From: Promethearchaeota archaeon
GTDB taxonomy: Archaea > Asgardarchaeota > Lokiarchaeia > Sigyniarchaeales > SOKP01
Direction of reading: 5' to 3'
DNA: 64,000 nt
Assembly (NCBI GenBank): GCA_048937405.1
Contig: JBHLNF010000001.1
Coordinates: forward strand, 256,001 to 320,000
The position numbers were made by a program, and so were the translations under genes. Shown piece by piece: positions 61,064 to 64,000 of the stretch. The notes under the pieces were generated by a model that was not told the DNA's origin, did no database searches, and worked only from the letters and a program-made list of their open reading frames with translations. Positions within the stretch are counted from its first letter, which is position 1. Every line of letters starts with the position of its first letter.

Positions 61064-63853
61064 ATGGAAATAATCGATAAAATACCAAAAAAGATGGGAG
61101 ATATTCTTCCAACTTTATTTGAAAATGGATTTATTGCATATTGTGGGGCAGGAATCTCAATTTCTCCGCCTACCTGTGCACCTAGTTGGTGGACTCTCGC
61201 TGAAGAAATTCTGTTTAATTTTTTTGAAAATGTACCTGATGAATGGGGTGTACCGAAAAAACTGATTATAAAAGATCCAAACTTCCAACCTGAAGCGTTA
61301 CTTGAGACTTGGGCTAATATTCATGGTGTGAATCTCTATAAAGTATTTCAGGTACTTGATGTCAATGTTCCAAACGCAAATCATCAACTTCTAGCAAAAT
61401 TAGCTAAAAATGGGCTTTTAAAAGCAGTTTTTACTACTAATTTTGATCGATATGTTGAAAGAGCTTTTCAGAGTGAGGGTGTTGAATTCGAATTATTAGT
61501 TGATAATAATGAATATGCTGAATTTTTCAAACAAGTAAAAGCAGAAGGATTGGGGAATAAAGTATTAATTTGTAAAATTCATGGAACAATTGAACGTCCT
61601 AATACAATTGTAGCTGTTGCTTCAGCTTATAAGAGTGCAGGTGGATTTTCTTTAGCAAAAGCAGAATTATATTTATGGTTGATTAAAAAATATCCCTGTC
61701 TATTCCTAGGATATTCCGGGTGGGATTTTGAACATATAAATTATAGAACATTTTGGGAAAAGACAGGTCCTGAACTGAAAAATATTTTTTGGAATGTTCG
61801 TCCAGGTGAGACTGGAGGTCCTGATTTTAATAGTATCTTTTCAACATGTAGAAATAAATTTAAATTTATTGAATCTGATTTACCTTTAGGATGGTTTAAT
61901 GCATTAAAACAGAATCCTCTACCTAATCTCAATCTTGAAAATTTAACACTACCAGATCCTAATAAAGCTTTTGATTTCGAAGAAGAGACAAAATTATCAA
62001 GAGATAAATTTCTTGATGAATGGGCTATTAAGCTTCCTGAATGGGATAGATTGACAACAGTTATAGTTGAAGGTTACAAACATTCTGAAAAGTTTAAGGA
62101 AACCTCAAAGAGAAGCCAAGATGCTAGTGCTAGTGTTGATTATGATAAAGAGAAAGATGATATAACTTTTAAAGAAAGAGAGAATCTAACAAAATTGTAC
62201 CAAGAACAAAAGATTTCTCAAGAGGAATATTATGAACAAATTGATAAATTAGATATGCAAAGGGCATTTAGGTCACTTCCAAATAATTGTAAACCTATTT
62301 TAACAAAATATATTGAAGAAAATAGATTTCCCGGAATAACTGATGATAGAACAAAAAGACAACAGTTTTTAGCATATGTTACAACCATGGCATATAGATT
62401 TGATCCAGAAGATGCTATAAAACATGCTGTAGATATCTCAAACAAAACTACTGAAATCCAACAAATGTATTCGACGCATACTACTCCTGAAGCACAAAGG
62501 ATACCTTATGCTGAAACAATGATGAATAATTTCAAATTAAGTGTATTACGTCCAGATGAAGAAGATTGGAAACCAGCATGGGATGAACTGAGCAAAGTTA
62601 AAGACAAATATATTAGAGGAGAGATATCACAAGCTGATTTTACTAAAGCTTATACAGAATTATCAACTAAAACCACATATGCTTCAATGGGAATGACTGT
62701 TCCAGTTGATGATTTATTTAATAGAGAAATTGAACTTGTTGCTAATGCTATTAATAAAGAGGATTTTAAAGCAGGTTGTAGTTCGCTATTTTGGGCTATG
62801 ACCTATGGAATGGGTTCTATTAAACAGAAGATTTACGAGACAAAAGAACATAATGCATTATTGAAAGCTTTAAATCCTTCAATGGCGGCAATGCCGGATC
62901 CTGCTGAAACACAAAAAAAAACAGAAGAATTTCAAAAAATTTCACAGGAATTAATGAAAAAAATGATGGCTGGAGAAATAAGTAATGAAGACTATACAAG
63001 TCAAATAACTGAATTATCTCGAAAATTATATGCCCCGCAACCTCAAACAGCCCAACAAATAGAGGATGGGCATGCAATAGTCCCTGAGAATATAATAAAT
63101 GATTATGTAAATATTTTTCGTGAGATGTTTGAACCTGTTTTTAAAAAACATAATGACCTGTTTGGAAATGAAATAACTGAATCATATATGTTAATTGAGA
63201 TGGGGCTTTTATCATTATTATTAATGAGACTTCAAAGTCTCGAAACTAGTTCTGGTGAAGAATATCAGGAACGTCAAAAAAAAGGACAATATGGATTAAT
63301 GAGAGGAAATCCTTCAATTTACAGATATTTAAGGAAGATGATTGATCCTTGGTTACAAAAGGCGCTAAATGAAATTACTGAGAGATATGGACAACGCCTC
63401 TGTTATAATCTAATAAAATTAGCAGAAATGGGATACAATCTTGATTTATGCAGAAAAGCTACAGAAACTAGTTTAGCATATACAAATGGAAAAATGACTG
63501 AGGCTACGCCTCAGGAAGGGCCTAGTTCTATAGCCACATTTTATGAAGATGCTGGAGATAAAGAAAATGCATTGAAATATTATAATCTTGCTCTTGAAGG
63601 AATAAAGCTTGCTTATCCACCTTATTGGCAATATGAATTAATCTATCGCACAGCTTTAATTCTTAATGAACAGAATAAAAAAGAAGAAGCCCTTAACATT
63701 ATTGGATTATATCATTCAGAATTTCATGGTCAAGAGCCTCCTTACAAATCATTAAGCAAAGCAAAAAAAATGTGTATAGAACTCGCAAATCAGCTATCAT
63801 CTGAATTAGGCTATTCTGATGTAAATAGTGCTATGGATTCTTTATTAGAATAA
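61064..63853 (+). CDS. SIR2-like domain protein with internal SHOCT-like repeats and C-terminal TPR
   Basis: YCGAGISI, TTNFD, KIHGT and FLGYSGWD motifs; three (G/K)xISxxxY/F helices; TPR-like end. Confidence 0.82.
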   Translation: MEIIDKIPKKMGDILPTLFENGFIAYCGAGISISPPTCAPSWWTLAEEILFNFFENVPDEWGVPKKLIIKDPNFQPEALLETWANIHGVNLYKVFQVLDVNVPNANHQLLAKLAKNGLLKAVFTTNFDRYVERAFQSEGVEFELLVDNNEYAEFFKQVKAEGLGNKVLICKIHGTIERPNTIVAVASAYKSAGGFSLAKAELYLWLIKKYPCLFLGYSGWDFEHINYRTFWEKTGPELKNIFWNVRPGETGGPDFNSIFSTCRNKFKFIESDLPLGWFNALKQNPLPNLNLENLTLPDPNKAFDFEEETKLSRDKFLDEWAIKLPEWDRLTTVIVEGYKHSEKFKETSKRSQDASASVDYDKEKDDITFKERENLTKLYQEQKISQEEYYEQIDKLDMQRAFRSLPNNCKPILTKYIEENRFPGITDDRTKRQQFLAYVTTMAYRFDPEDAIKHAVDISNKTTEIQQMYSTHTTPEAQRIPYAETMMNNFKLSVLRPDEEDWKPAWDELSKVKDKYIRGEISQADFTKAYTELSTKTTYASMGMTVPVDDLFNREIELVANAINKEDFKAGCSSLFWAMTYGMGSIKQKIYETKEHNALLKALNPSMAAMPDPAETQKKTEEFQKISQELMKKMMAGEISNEDYTSQITELSRKLYAPQPQTAQQIEDGHAIVPENIINDYVNIFREMFEPVFKKHNDLFGNEITESYMLIEMGLLSLLLMRLQSLETSSGEEYQERQKKGQYGLMRGNPSIYRYLRKMIDPWLQKALNEITERYGQRLCYNLIKLAEMGYNLDLCRKATETSLAYTNGKMTEATPQEGPSSIATFYEDAGDKENALKYYNLALEGIKLAYPPYWQYELIYRTALILNEQNKKEEALNIIGLYHSEFHGQEPPYKSLSKAKKMCIELANQLSSELGYSDVNSAMDSLLE

Positions 63854-63914
63854 ATATTCGTAAGATATTGAAATAAGAAAAATTTGAATTAAAAATTTGT
63901 ATTTTATTTTTTTT

Positions 63915-64000
63915 TTACTTGAGTCTTGCTTCCGAGAGGTGGAGATGATCTGTTTCTACTTCCACAAAAGCTTCAAAAATTTCCTTTACTCTAGCATTTT
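63915..64000 (-). CDS. 3' end of probable ferritin-like/rubrerythrin protein (partial)
   Basis: Manual translation NARVKEIFEAFVEVETDHLHLSEARLK* contains an ExxH motif. Confidence 0.55.
   Translation of the reverse strand, partial: NARVKEIFEAFVEVETDHLHLSEARLK

Noticed and set aside
244-63077. Many short ORFs from the track overlapping long genes (e.g. 244-471, 464-751, 7302-7508, 11243-11566, 13850-14130, 21585-22319, 57833-58045, 61741-63077)
   Set aside because: Antisense or alternate-frame shadows of well-supported genes, with no recognisable motifs.
1-64000. tRNA, rRNA, transposase or integrase genes
   Set aside because: No cloverleaf, rRNA-like GC-rich tract or recombinase motif was recognised by eye; tRNAscan-SE/Infernal would be needed to exclude small RNAs.

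Overview
AT-rich archaeal chromosome segment, most likely from an Asgard archaeon (Lokiarchaeia/Promethearchaeota). Support for this: archaeal uS2, an ether-lipid gene cluster, methanopterin genes, Rag/Arf-like small GTPase, Loki-CTERM-like IPGY/VPGY sorting tails and multi-PAS kinases. Housekeeping genes (shikimate pathway, tmk, rps2, lipid synthesis, AOR/ADH, LarE, MptD/RFAP synthase) are mixed with accessory genes (three orphan DNA methyltransferases, two SIR2-TPR proteins, an FG-GAP surface protein). Main discovery: two protein-coding genes are each interrupted by a 29-nt frame-breaking insertion that folds into an archaeal tRNA-type bulge-helix-bulge (BHB) splice motif. One is in an AIR-synthase-related gene (intron 58151-58179, canonical BHB). 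The other is in a 56-aa zinc-ribbon gene missed by the ORF track (intron 25188-25216, relaxed BHB). Cutting at the standard bulge positions restores both frames, which suggests EndA/RtcB-type mRNA splicing. Second, four direct-orientation copies or remnants of a GH57 gene 3' end (10235, 14838, 17714, 21532) bracket distinct cargo modules, resembling a serial integration hotspot. One cargo is a membrane histidine kinase, a receiver-longin/uDENN-like protein and a Rag-like GTPase, with a 29-bp upstream motif shared by the last two. No rRNA, tRNA, CRISPR array or transposase was recognised. All family calls come from manual motif reading, not database searches.
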